Source: Octopus sinensis (Eukaryota). From it: a stretch of 19,377 nt of DNA. The position numbers were made by a program, and so were the translations under genes. Below, piece by piece: positions 9,342 to 19,377 of this stretch (position 1 is the stretch's first letter; the number at the start of each line of letters is the position of its first letter). The notes beneath the pieces were generated by a model. It made no database searches and was not told the origin of the DNA. It worked only from the letters and a program-made list of their open reading frames with translations. The DNA is taken from positions 1 to 19,377 of the forward strand of contig NW_021824266.1 in assembly GCF_006345805.1 (NCBI RefSeq). Reading direction: 5' to 3'.

Positions 9342-10675
9342 TCTAGTTTATATAAATTACAGTATGTGCGTGTATATTGACTAACGCATACATTTCCACA
9401 ATTCTCAACCGATTTTTACCAAACTCTACACACATTACTTATGTCCCAAGAATAGTCATGCACTATAACACTTTACCCTGAGCTCCCGCGTAAATAGACA
9501 AACCGGGGGAAATGGTGGTTTACACGGGTTTTTCTTTAATTCTTTGTATGTACATAGTTTTTTTGTATGTTGGGTCTTCCATACTTCTTAAATCTATATG
9601 GTCGTCTATTGGCATTAGAAAATATTTTTTAGTGGTTTTCACATTTTTTTATTTATTATTTATTTATATGTTGTAATTGTGCATTATTATTTAGTTAGAG
9701 AATATAAAAGTGGAAGGATTTTGTCTAGATATTTCGACTGTCCACCTGTTATTTATACGTTGTAATTGTGTATTATTACTTGGTTAGAGAACATCATAAA
9801 AGTGAAAAGATTTTGTCTATTTATTTCAACTGTCCACCTGCCACGGTGATTAAACTGACTAGGAACACTGTACGCGATGAATATCCAATACCAAATAATC
9901 TTAATCACCATATTTAAACTGTATTAAACTTTGGCAAGCTTAACTTATTCTGAGTTACTTAAAAGGTGATGTTCCCTCCCCTCTCTTCTATTTGTTGATA
10001 CCTTTGTTTACCTACCAATGCGTTGTTTCACTTTAAGGATGCTTATTTACCCATCCACTATATTTCGAACGCGACATCTTTTCACTGCGAACTGCTAAAG
10101 TTTCAAAGCAGTATTCGTGAAATGAAGTCAAACTCTTCATGTCTTGATTTTTCGTTACCTGAACTCAATTTCAGAGTGGTCATGCGCTGTAAGCACGTAG
10201 GAAATACATTCCTTTAACTCTACTTTTTCAAGTAGGTATTAAGTTGCTATTTTTGAATGTACCAATCATACTTCTCTCCGACAAAATAGCTCCCTTTGCT
10301 GTTGAATAAAATAAACTCGCAGATGGGAAGTTTCAACGGCTTCCTTCAATTTCCTTACGCCATTTTTATGGCTGCTTCTGACATGAAATTTCGCTTTCAT
10401 GTAAAACAACCATACTTTGTAGTCCTTATCCGTAATCTACTCCCAAAACACTTCAGTAGCTCTACTTTGCATTGCTTGCAAACTTATATGTTCTATGATC
10501 ATTAAAGTGCAACGACCTCCACAATAACCAGCCTTCAACTTGGTTTTCTGCAGCTAGCTTAATCGGAAACATAGATTGCCATGCTACTCATAAACCTTCT
10601 CGATAGTTCAATTATTTGGTGAAAAAATACCACCAAAGCAACTTAAACCGCCCAAAGGACGGGTGCGTTTGCTAC
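9342..10675 (+). mobile_element. Putative non-autonomous Helitron-like element
   Basis: Starts A|TCTAGTTTATATAAA, followed by CTCAACCGATTTTTACCAAACT, similar to TTCAACCGATTCTGATGAAACT in the 16390 Helitron. Ends with hairpin CCGCCC-AAA-GGACGG then TTTGCTAC|T (CTAG variant). Confidence 0.55.
9662..9840. repeat. Diverged tandem duplication of a ~89-bp unit
   Basis: ATTTATAYGTTGTAATTGTG...ACTGTCCACCTG at 9662-9748 and 9751-9840. Confidence 0.9.
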
Positions 10676-11084
10676 TCTTAAAATGAGGAGATGACACAAC
10701 TAATAGCTAGAAGTATACATTCTACGTATCTTCGAATTATATTCCAACAACTTGCAAAGCATCTCTTGCAGATATTCCTGACTGTGTCATTAAGCTCTAG
10801 ACATGATTTATATAAAAAAATTCGAATATTCTTTAAAGGAAGGTGGTACCATTATTTCTCGCAGAATTGACATCAAAGTATTTTCTGTATGTTTCCACAA
10901 GGAAAACAACAAAACATAGTGTGCAAGTGTATGTAACAGAGAAACTTTTTTCTTATGAACGGGGTTGCAGGGTGCGAAACTTACGAAAGTTACTGACATC
11001 GGTGATTAAGGGTATTAAGGGAATATTCTGTAACAGTTGACAGTTGATTAAGGAGATATTCCGTAACGCAATCTACACAAAATG

Positions 11085-11250
11085 ATAGGAAGCACACCGA
11101 CTCTTATACAGTTTCCGTCTATTTAATTCCATACTCAGGGCTTGGTCCCCACCAAGGCTTATAATAAGGCACCGGCTCAAGATACCATGCTGAAGGATCC
11201 AATCCGGAACCTTGTGATTGTGATGCTATGTTCTTAACCATTCGACCACA
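11085..11250 (-). mobile_element. Old diverged SINE related to family A
   Basis: Reverse complement GTGGTCGAATGGTTAAGAACATAGC...GGTTCCGGATTGGATCC...GGTATCTTGAGC...TAGACGGAAACTG. Confidence 0.6.
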
Positions 11251-11613
11251 CACATAGACATGTAGCAGATTCGAAACCGAATCGGCAAATTGCTTACTCA
11301 ACTATTTGTAATAACTACGGAATTGTCCTTCCAGTGAGTAAATTTTGCTGTTGCATTTTTAATTCAAGACCAATATGGAAAATATTTGTGCGTTGAAATG
11401 AAATTCTGTTAATTGTTGTACGTGCATTATACGCAACATTATACCAACATCTCGTATACGCAACATTATTCCAGCTTCTCACATCTTTCATATTATGACC
11501 ACCATGACGACTGTTAATTACACCTCGTGACACACATATCAATACATAACTATAATGAAGGAAAACTGCGTAACACACTATTGAGCATCTTTGTTTAATG
11601 CTGTTGTAACTAT

Positions 11614-11669
11614 GATTGATTGATTGATTCCAGTTTCAGCCTATGAGCTGTGGCCATGCTGGGGCACCG
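11614..11669 (-). mobile_element. SINE/LINE 3' tail fragment with (AATC)n tail
   Basis: Reverse complement CGGTGCCCCAGCATGGCCACAGCTCATAGGCTGAAACTGG(AATC)n matches the family A 3' end CGGTGCTCCAGCATGGCCGCAG...CTGAAAC. Confidence 0.7.
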
Positions 11670-12182
11670 TTGTTCGTTTAAGTCATGCTAAGGGATGTAA
11701 CTTTAAAGTATGAGCTATTGTAATCATCACAGTGGTGGTGGCAGCGGCGACGGTGTTTGTAGCGATAATGGGAAATGGATTTAGAGGAAACGCGAAGACG
11801 CGGGAAAGGGAGGTAGGGGGGGGGGGAGAATTTTGAGGAAGCTGAATCAATGAATTATTAATATTCACAACGGAGAGGTAAAAAGTAAAAACATCTGAGA
11901 TATGCAACGAGAAAAGAGAGAAAGAGTAAGAAAGCGGAGAAAAAAAAATGAAAGAATAAGAGAGAAGAACATGAATGGTAAAATCAACAGAAATCAAAGA
12001 GAATGTACAACAAAAATCAAAGTATTTGGTTTTTTTGTGATTGATTTTATATTGAACATCTTGAGATTACGTATCCCGAAGCTTGGAACTATTACATTCT
12101 GATCTTTGAACATTGAGATATTTGCATTCAGCGATGGTATTCAATATCTGGGATTATATATATATATACTGCTGTCTACTTC

Positions 12183-12340
12183 TAGTTAGTCGGAAAAAAA
12201 TTATTTGCAATATTTTTTCCGGCTTTATGTTCAAAAACTCGCTGAGGTCAACTTTACTTGTCATCCATTCGGGAGCGATGAAATAAAATGCCAGTCAAAA
12301 ACTGGAGCCGATGGTATCGGCTGATCTCCCTTCAAAATTT
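12183..12340 (+). mobile_element. Degenerate SINE family B copy
   Basis: TTTATGTTC...GAGGTCAACTTT...TCATCCATTCGGGAGCGATGAAATAA...CCAGT...ACTGG parallels ~6768-6890. Confidence 0.65.
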
Positions 12341-13208
12341 GTTGATTATATTGTTTAGGATGGAAACCCATATTGTTGCTGTTGTTGATGAAATCGATGT
12401 TTTTCTTTTCTTTTTCTTTTTGGTAAAGCCATTTTGTCATTGATATATCATGTATTGATTAGCGATATTTTGTTTTATTATAACACACTCTATTGAAATA
12501 TGAGGTGATACTTTTTAAGTGTTGTATAATTAGTGGTGATATCATCGTCTCTGGATAATGTAACTGACATCAAAGCTGGCATGCGTTACTTTCCGGCAGC
12601 ATAAAAACTTGTGCACCGTAGTTCACTGAACACCAATAACAGCACATTTCTTTTGTCACGTTGTTTAAAAGGGGGGGGGTGAGTTGAGGGGTATATTCCG
12701 GAGGCTCGCTGGTGTTTTGTTATTAGTTACTGTTTCGGTTGCTTGTCACAGCATAACGAACGTGTGTTCGTTCGTTCGTTCACACGTTACGCTTTAGTTT
12801 GTTAGAAAGAGGGAGGAAAGGAGTGAATGAGAGGTGGATTGAGTGAGAGGGGAGGGGGAAGGAGAAGGATTGTGAGAGTGAGAGAGGGTAGGAGAGTGAG
12901 CCGATACGTTATGCTGTCAACTGTTACGTGATTAAGTGGAAGTGAGAGGTGAAGAGGAAGAGAAAGAGAGAAATGTTAACGGCGCGAAGAGAGGAATTAC
13001 ATGGTTAAAAAGTTTGAAATAAAAAGTAGAGTGAAAAAATAAAGAGAAATATAAAGTGTTTAGCAAAGGGAAATGTTAAAATCATAAAATATATTATTGC
13101 GAGTGGAAGTAAAATAACTTAGCAAAATAGCAGTGGATGCTTGTTTTTTGTTTGTTTTTTTTTTGTTTTTTTTTGTTTAATTTGTAATGGAATTCAAACC
13201 ATCTGGAG

Positions 13209-13352
13209 CAGTGGTTCTCAGCCATTTTTTGCCTCTGGACCACTTTGTTAAAGTATTGAAGAAGTACAATCAATTTATTGCATATAAACTTTAACCACGA
13301 AATCTTATATGGACCGCCAAAGGTCACGTGAACCCCAGTTGAAAACCATTTG
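13209..13352. mobile_element. hAT (Charlie/MER5-like) MITE
   Basis: TIRs CAGTGGTTCTCA and TGAAAACCATTTG, with subterminal GGACC/GAACCCC motifs. Left flank ATCTGGAG resembles the NTCTAGAN target. The right target duplication does not match. Confidence 0.65.
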
Positions 13353-14159
13353 TGTATATTCTCTGTATAGTTTTGTGAACATTAATATTACATTAATAGT
13401 AAGCATGATGGAGTAGTGCGTAATAAGGAATATGCAATTATATACTGATCTTGCAATTTCGATAGAATTAAATCTTAACGAATGATATGTATATTAAGTA
13501 ATGTATAGATTGTTATTGTATATTTTGAATCATTTATTGCACAGACAGCAATAAGATTTACATGCAATAAATATACAAATTATCCTTTCTTCCTTAAATA
13601 GCTCCTCTTAACTTTTTTTCGTTCCGTATTTCCATGACCCCTGCTACTGCACGATTTATTGAACAAGAGCACAATTGATTATAAAGTTCTAATAACTGCT
13701 GGTAGAGAATGTAGAAGATAGACTCTAGCCTCAGCGTAACAAATATACATAGCATATAGTTAGTAAGGCTCGAGAAGTGGGGGAAAATTGGTTTGTGATC
13801 AAGGAAAAGAATTATTTTCATTTCTAGCCGGACTCGGCAGGGTAAACTTAGCAAGAGGTGAAGTTTGATTTTTCTGGTGGCTCTCAAACCACTGACGCTA
13901 TTCTTGGCGTGAAACAGGATTGATGCCGAGAAAAGGGCGTGAAAAGGCCATAGAACCTTCGATTAAGTTCTATATGGCGGGATATTGCAGCAAACTGATT
14001 GGCTGATAATCAGGGCGAGTCGCCTAACTTGAATCTAGACTGGAACCAACTATCGGAATTGTTTTGGTGAGCTACACTTTCAAATGTAAGAGTACGAGAC
14101 TTGCGTTCAACAGTTAGCTATGTAACATGTTTCGTTCGTATGATCCTTATAACACTATT

Positions 14160-14313
14160 CATACATACATACATACATACATACATACATACATACATAC
14201 ATACATACATACATGCATGCATGCATGCATGCATGCATATGTGTGTGTATGTATGTATGTATGTATGTATGTATGTATGTATGTATGTATGTATGTATGT
14301 ATGTATGTATGTA
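14160..14313. repeat. Inverted compound microsatellite (TACA)n-(TGCA)n-(TATG)n
   Basis: Direct reading; the two arms are reverse complements of each other. Confidence 0.95.
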
Positions 14314-14727
14314 TACAAACATATATATAACGAAATATTAGCGTCAAGCAGTGTTGAGGCATAAGCAAAATTTAGGTTAGTTAAAATATGTTTGTGACAT
14401 ATTTCAACTACTAAAAGGCAAATTCACTACAGTTACCGCGAAGAAAATATTTCTCTTATGGTAAAAAGGTGTGAAAACTCCCGGTCTGTTCAGTGTCGCC
14501 ATCTATCAGGAATCCAAGACATCGATGTTTCAAACATTTTTACTCTTGACAATGGGATGTATCTAAGAGAGGCAACTCTGAACAAACTTATAAAGCAATT
14601 GCTTTATGTAAAATTCAGTCAAAGTTGTTGACTGGTTTGCTCTGGTAGATCGCCCGATCGAGGAAAATAACGAAATGTCGAAATCTATCAGGAAAGGGAA
14701 ATAGTATCATAGAGAAGAAAAAAAAAT

Positions 14728-15012
14728 ATCACGTGTAACTTCAGACGTAAAGGGGAATGCAAATTTAACAACAACTGCATGATAAGGAATGTAGTATACA
14801 AATGTGACATGAAGATAGCTACGCAGAAATACGTGTACATTGGTAGTCCCGGAAACACTATGAAAAATCTTATGCGGAATTATCTCTCATCATTTTCTAA
14901 TACAAATAAAAGACACTTCACATCTCTATCGGACTTTGTCTGGCGGCTGCAACAAAATGTAATAGAACATACGATCCACTTGTCCATTATAAAAAAATGC
15001 AGCACCATATAA
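14728..15012 (+). pseudogene. Second Penelope-like GIY-YIG endonuclease relic (different family)
   Basis: ITCNFRRKGECKFNNNCMIRNVVYKCDMKIATQKYVYIGSPGNTMK...SSFSNTNKRHFTSLSDFVWRL...IIKK: a Cys-rich linker, the VVY/YIG motif and TSLSxxVW. Confidence 0.8.
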
Positions 15013-15589
15013 CGGAACATCACGGATACGCAACCTATGCCTAGAGGAAACCCTGGAAATAACCACATCCCGAGAAAACGTGATAAATAGGCACTGAGCT
15101 GGACATATGTAAACATAAGAACAAAATATCAGTGAAGGAACCAAAACAAATAAGCAAATCAACCAGTATTTCAGATGCTATACATTATACCACCAGGAAC
15201 AATGAAAAAGTTACCTTAAGAAAGTAGCATTTATCAATTCAGTTAGCAAACCACAGCAACTGATAAATATAGCAGCAATACCTGATGACTTGTTGAGTTC
15301 AGAATTTATTGAAGATAGTTATGTCTTAAATGAAATCAAAGGAATTTGCCACCTATCCATCCTTAACATCTGCTGAATGAAGAGCAAATTAAGTCCAAAA
15401 CCACCAAACACCTGCAACCCCATATAATTACAATTCCTTCCTCTATTTCCATCACCTTCTCCTCCTTCCCACCCAAAAGACACAGAAATAACCACATAAC
15501 TCGCTTAACTGGTAAAAAGAGATACATATCGCTCTGTTGTACATCCACAAATGTCATATCACCCGAAGAAATTAATCCATGATGACGAT

Positions 15590-15690
15590 TAACCTGATGC
15601 CCACGGATACTACGGACTACACTGTAATCATCCCAGGAATACGGACTGTGATTTTAAGAGTCTTGTGATTTGTGGAAACGCGCGTAGCAA
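15590..15690 (+). ncRNA. Degenerate hammerhead-like motif downstream of the second Penelope-like relic
   Basis: CTGATGC (15594), then CCACGGA...TTTGTGG stem, GAAAC 15675-15679, palindromic ACGCGCGT and a GUA triplet. The core has C in place of A and stem I is poor. Confidence 0.4.
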
Positions 15691-15720
15691 TGCAATAATT
15701 GTTTATAAATTCATCTAAGG

Positions 15721-16360
15721 ATTGTTGTTATCATTATTATCATTGCCTTTGCACAGCTTCTTACGCTGGAGATGTTACGATGTCAGCTGTTCACTACCAG
15801 AGAACTAAGGTAACAACCCTTATTTTTCGAGCACCTTCCGGAGTATTCGAGCGGTTCCAAGCAGTACTGTTTTCTGCAACTGCTCCGCCCTTATTGCAGC
15901 CCTTATTTGTTCCATGTACTTCTCAAGATTTTTACTCACTGTTCCAGTGCTCCGACAATTATTGGTACTACTACTACCTTTTTCATCGACCGCAACTGCT
16001 TAAACTCCCAATCTAACCTGTCGTATCTGTCGACTTTTCTTTTTTCCTTACCGCATACCTTGTTGTCAGCTAGTCATGCTGTATCTATGATCCAGCATAG
16101 GTCGCTTTCTTTCTCAATTAAGACTATGTCTGGCTTCCTATTCTCTATCTCATGGCGCACCGAATCATAAAATCCCACAGGATCTTTGCATTGTCATTTT
16201 CGATGATGCCTTTGGGTTCATGGTAGCACCAATTTTTTGCTCTGCCAACTCCATACTTGTTTCAAAGTGTCCAATAGACAAGCCTTGCTATATTGTCATG
16301 GCGTCTCTTATATTCCTTCTCGGCCAGTGACGTACATTGACTGGTAATATGCCATACGGT
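15721..16360 (-). mobile_element. 5'-truncated R4/Dong-like non-LTR retrotransposon (restriction-like endonuclease domain plus 3' UTR)
   Basis: Minus strand reads TVWHITSQCTSLAEKEYKRRHDNIAR...KILWDF.../NRKPDIVLIEKESDLCWIID.../VVVPIIVGAL...QKTVLLGTARILRKVLEK* (stop at 15820-15822). Has RHD and PD..D motifs and ends in degenerate (TAA)n. Confidence 0.88.
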
Positions 16361-16389
16361 TTAATCTCTTTTTTCGCTTCTATATTATA

Positions 16390-16773
16390 CTAGCAGTATC
16401 GCCCGGCGTTGCTCAGGTTTGTAAGGGAAATAACTATAAAGCATTTTTAGAGAGTTATAGCCAAAAAATAGCAAAAAAATGGAAAAAAAAATGATGGTAA
16501 ATTTTTTGAGAGTTAAAAAAGGTGGAGTTGCGTCCCCTAGACGGTCTGTGGTTGGGTTTCTGATTCTCGACCCCATGTCGAATTTATCGATTTTTTTCAG
16601 AACTGGGGGAACTTTTCAAAATTTTCGCTGCTTTAGTTTTGAATTATGACATTGGGCTATGTGTGTGTCAAGTTTCATCAGAATCGGTTGAAAGCCGTGG
16701 TCAGAGTGAGGGTACGAGAAAACAGACACACAGAAAACGCACAGACAAACTGCCGTTTATATAGAGAGAGAGA
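16390..16773 (-). mobile_element. Non-autonomous Helitron
   Basis: Minus strand starts A|TCTCTCTCTCTATATAAACGG and ends with hairpin CCTGAGCAACGCCGGG followed by CGATACTGCTAG|T. A/T insertion site, no target duplication. Confidence 0.85.
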
Positions 16774-16825
16774 TTATATACATGTTGTAATTATAAGAAT
16801 AATATTATTTACAAATATGTTTCCG

Positions 16826-16828
<3 letters not shown>

Positions 16829-16876
<48 letters not shown>

Positions 16877-16900
16877 TTATATTTATATATACACACACAT
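16829..16900. repeat. (TA)n microsatellite with a short (CA)n
   Basis: Direct reading of the sequence. Confidence 0.95.
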
Positions 16901-16902
16901 AT

Positions 16903-17418
16903 GGTGGCTGCCCCCTCATTATCAAGTATGGCTATTGCACGAAGCTTAATCAATGTTGTTATCATGCAATGCCTGTACAAGAAGATTTTTTAAAGTGAGG
17001 AAAGGGGTGCACTGAGTCAATCCCACTCACTAAGCAACAGAGGCCATAACCCGAAAAGAACAAGTCAACATCATCGGTAACCACTGAGCCGCAGGTTTTA
17101 TGTCGGAGTTATCCCAGTTACCTGAGTTACCTTCTCCTAGAAGGATGCCCTAACAAAGGCTAGGAGTCCTTCACTCCCAATGGTTTAACCGCACGATCGG
17201 GTATTCAGCCGATTATTTCTATGTTCCCCGCGCATGATACAGCCTTAAGACATTTATTGGATGGCCGTTGACTCTAAAGAGTTCCTTCGCCCTTTGACGG
17301 GTTTTGTTTTTCACCCCGCAGGGTGTCCAATAAACACCTTCCTCACCAAGCAAGCTTGGTGGGGTGCCGGTTTAGTCGCCGACGACCCGACCATGCAACA
17401 GGTTGTACTGGGTTTATA
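16903..17418 (-). mobile_element. GC-richer interspersed repeat, probably an RTE-clade LINE 5' UTR or its non-autonomous derivative
   Basis: Sharply bounded by microsatellites. Minus-strand motif GGCATCCTTCTAGGAGAAGGTAACTC resembles motifs I recall from RTE 5' UTRs. Many hairpins and no credible ORF. Confidence 0.45.
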
Positions 17419-17419
17419 A

Positions 17420-17626
17420 CATATATATAATAACATATTATACACACACACATATATATATATATATGTACATAATACATACATACATACAACATACAGA
17501 CATACATGCATACATGCATACATACATACATACATACATACATACATACATACATACATACATGCATACATGCATACATACATACATACATACATACATA
17601 CATACATACATACATACATACATACA

Positions 17627-17658
<32 letters not shown>

Positions 17659-18140
17659 GATTTAATTTTAATTGGCAGAGGTTACAAAGTGACTCAATCA
17701 TGTAATTTATGCCAATTAAAAATAAACGCTACATGCATGCGCATGTTTTGAGTTCTATCTAACCTGTTTGTACTACCAAAATTATGCTCACATTTATACG
17801 CGCGCACACATGCATTCATATACATACATACATACATACATACATACATACATACATACATACATACATACATACATAGACATATATGCATACATACATG
17901 CATACATACATATATACATACATACTACATACATACGCACACACATACATACATACATGCATACATACATACATACATACAGACAGACAGACAGACAGAC
18001 ATAGACATATATGCATACATACATACATACATAGACATATATGCATACATGATACATACATATATACATACATACTACATACTACACACAACCATACATA
18101 CATACATACATACATACATACATACATACATAACCATACA

Positions 18141-18192
<52 letters not shown>

Positions 18193-18195
18193 TCA
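17420..18195. repeat. Large compound (TACA)n microsatellite with (TA), (CAGA) and unique interruptions
   Basis: Direct reading; source of the MYVC/HTYI ORFs. Confidence 0.95.
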
Positions 18196-18504
18196 TGTAG
18201 TGAAAGGACAAACGAAAGAAAACAGCCCTGAACATATCTTGTAGGAGTTACATATACTCTGAATCACACTTTGACACACTTCCATATAAGTTTCGTGAGA
18301 GCGTTGGACGCACACAACCCATCAGATATCAGATATCAGAAGAGTAATGGATTTAAGACAAATTGAAGATGGCTTCTAAATGCTTGGCTCGGTCAGCTCA
18401 GGTCATGAGTGTTAATACCATGGAAGCAACACCAGCTTTTTTCCTTTTTCTTTGTCCTACATGCCCGACCAGAAGTTGTTAGCTATCAATGCATCGGTTA
18501 AAGA

Positions 18505-18935
18505 AATTCTTTCAATGCCCGGAAGACTCCAAAGAAGTAAGTGATAGCTTATGTTACCTGAGCAACCAAATCAGCGGTAAAGAAGCATTCTCTGAAAGTA
18601 TAATAACCAGAATAAAGAAGAGGGTGCGAAAGTTCATGGAGTGTTACCTCTGCAGGCAATAAGAGGTTTTTCTCCCCAAGAACGAAAGATTGAACGTATG
18701 TTCCTTATACGCGAACTGCTACGCTGCATACTACTGCGACGTGAGAACTAAAAACGAGAGAATGTATAAAAGTCAGAAATAAAGTAGGCAAGCAAGCTTC
18801 ACTAGATAGGCAATATTAGTGTGCATGAATGACGAGGTGCAGGTCAGCTGAGAGATAAACTTGGTGTAAGAGGAAACATTTGGCTGCATGTGATAATGAA
18901 GAATGGACATTCTATCAGAAATGCACAGTTAAAAT
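18505..18935 (+). pseudogene. Highly decayed RTE-clade LINE fragment (C-terminal to the RT core)
   Basis: FFQCPEDSKEVSDSLCYLSNQISGKEAFSESIITRIKKRVRKFME / RTATLHTTAT* / NISVHE*RGAGQLRDKLGVRG parallels the RTE motifs VDSFCYLG..I, ARI..GW.KFREL, MLHGSETW and LREKLG. Confidence 0.7.
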
Positions 18936-18969
18936 TGGATTTAGAGTATGGAGTCAGGGTCATAAATCA

Positions 18970-19020
18970 GTGTGTGTGTGTGTGCATTCATTATTTATAT
19001 ATATATACATTCACACATAC

Positions 19021-19057
<37 letters not shown>

Positions 19058-19087
19058 ACACATTCACACATACATATGTATATATAT

Positions 19088-19153
<66 letters not shown>

Positions 19154-19186
19154 TATAATATATATATATATGTATGTATGTATACA
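18970..19186. repeat. (TG)n/(TA)n compound microsatellite
   Basis: Direct reading of the sequence. Confidence 0.95.
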
Positions 19187-19377
19187 CGCAGGAGTAGCTG
19201 TGTGATAAGTAGCTTGCTTACCAACCACATGGTTCTGGGTTCAGTCCCACTGCATGGCACCTTGCGCAGTGTCTTTTACTATAGCCTCGAGCTGACCAGA
19301 GCCTTGTGAGTGGTTTGGTAGACGGAAACTGAAAGAAGCCGGTCGTATATATATATATATATGTATATATATATAGA
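19187..19377 (+). mobile_element. SINE family A copy, cut by the window end
   Basis: CGCAGGAGTAGCTGTGTGATAAGTAGCTTGCTTACCAACCACATGGTTCTGGGTTCAGTCCCAC matches 5926 onward. Confidence 0.92.

Noticed and set aside
13892-13918. CTGACGC...GCGTGAAAC hammerhead-like string
   Set aside because: The stem consumes the core nucleotides and there is no stem III or cleavage site.
17311-18235. Many MYVC/HTYI-repeat ORFs (also at 1542, 7362, 8195, 14101, 18880)
   Set aside because: Microsatellite translation artefacts.

Overview
AT-rich, repeat-dense eukaryotic non-coding DNA, most likely an octopus intron or intergenic region. The taxon is inferred from recalled octopus SINE/LINE sequences and abundant (TACA)n/(TA)n tracts, not from a search. 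No intact host gene is supported: nearly all listed ORFs are microsatellite translations or transposon relics. The window holds a full-length decayed Tigger/pogo transposon (2062-4394), a mariner and a hAT MITE, two Helitron-like elements, two families of tRNA-derived SINEs, R4/Dong-like and RTE LINE fragments, and several Penelope-like (GIY-YIG) relics. The most interesting signals are tied to the Penelope-like elements. They are a well-formed type I hammerhead ribozyme with a long stem II and a possible pseudoknot (1451-1524), degenerate hammerhead-like motifs (4397-4430, 15590-15690 and both arms of a palindrome), and a roughly 296-bp near-perfect palindrome (233-528). I found no convincing evidence for a wholly new system beyond these.
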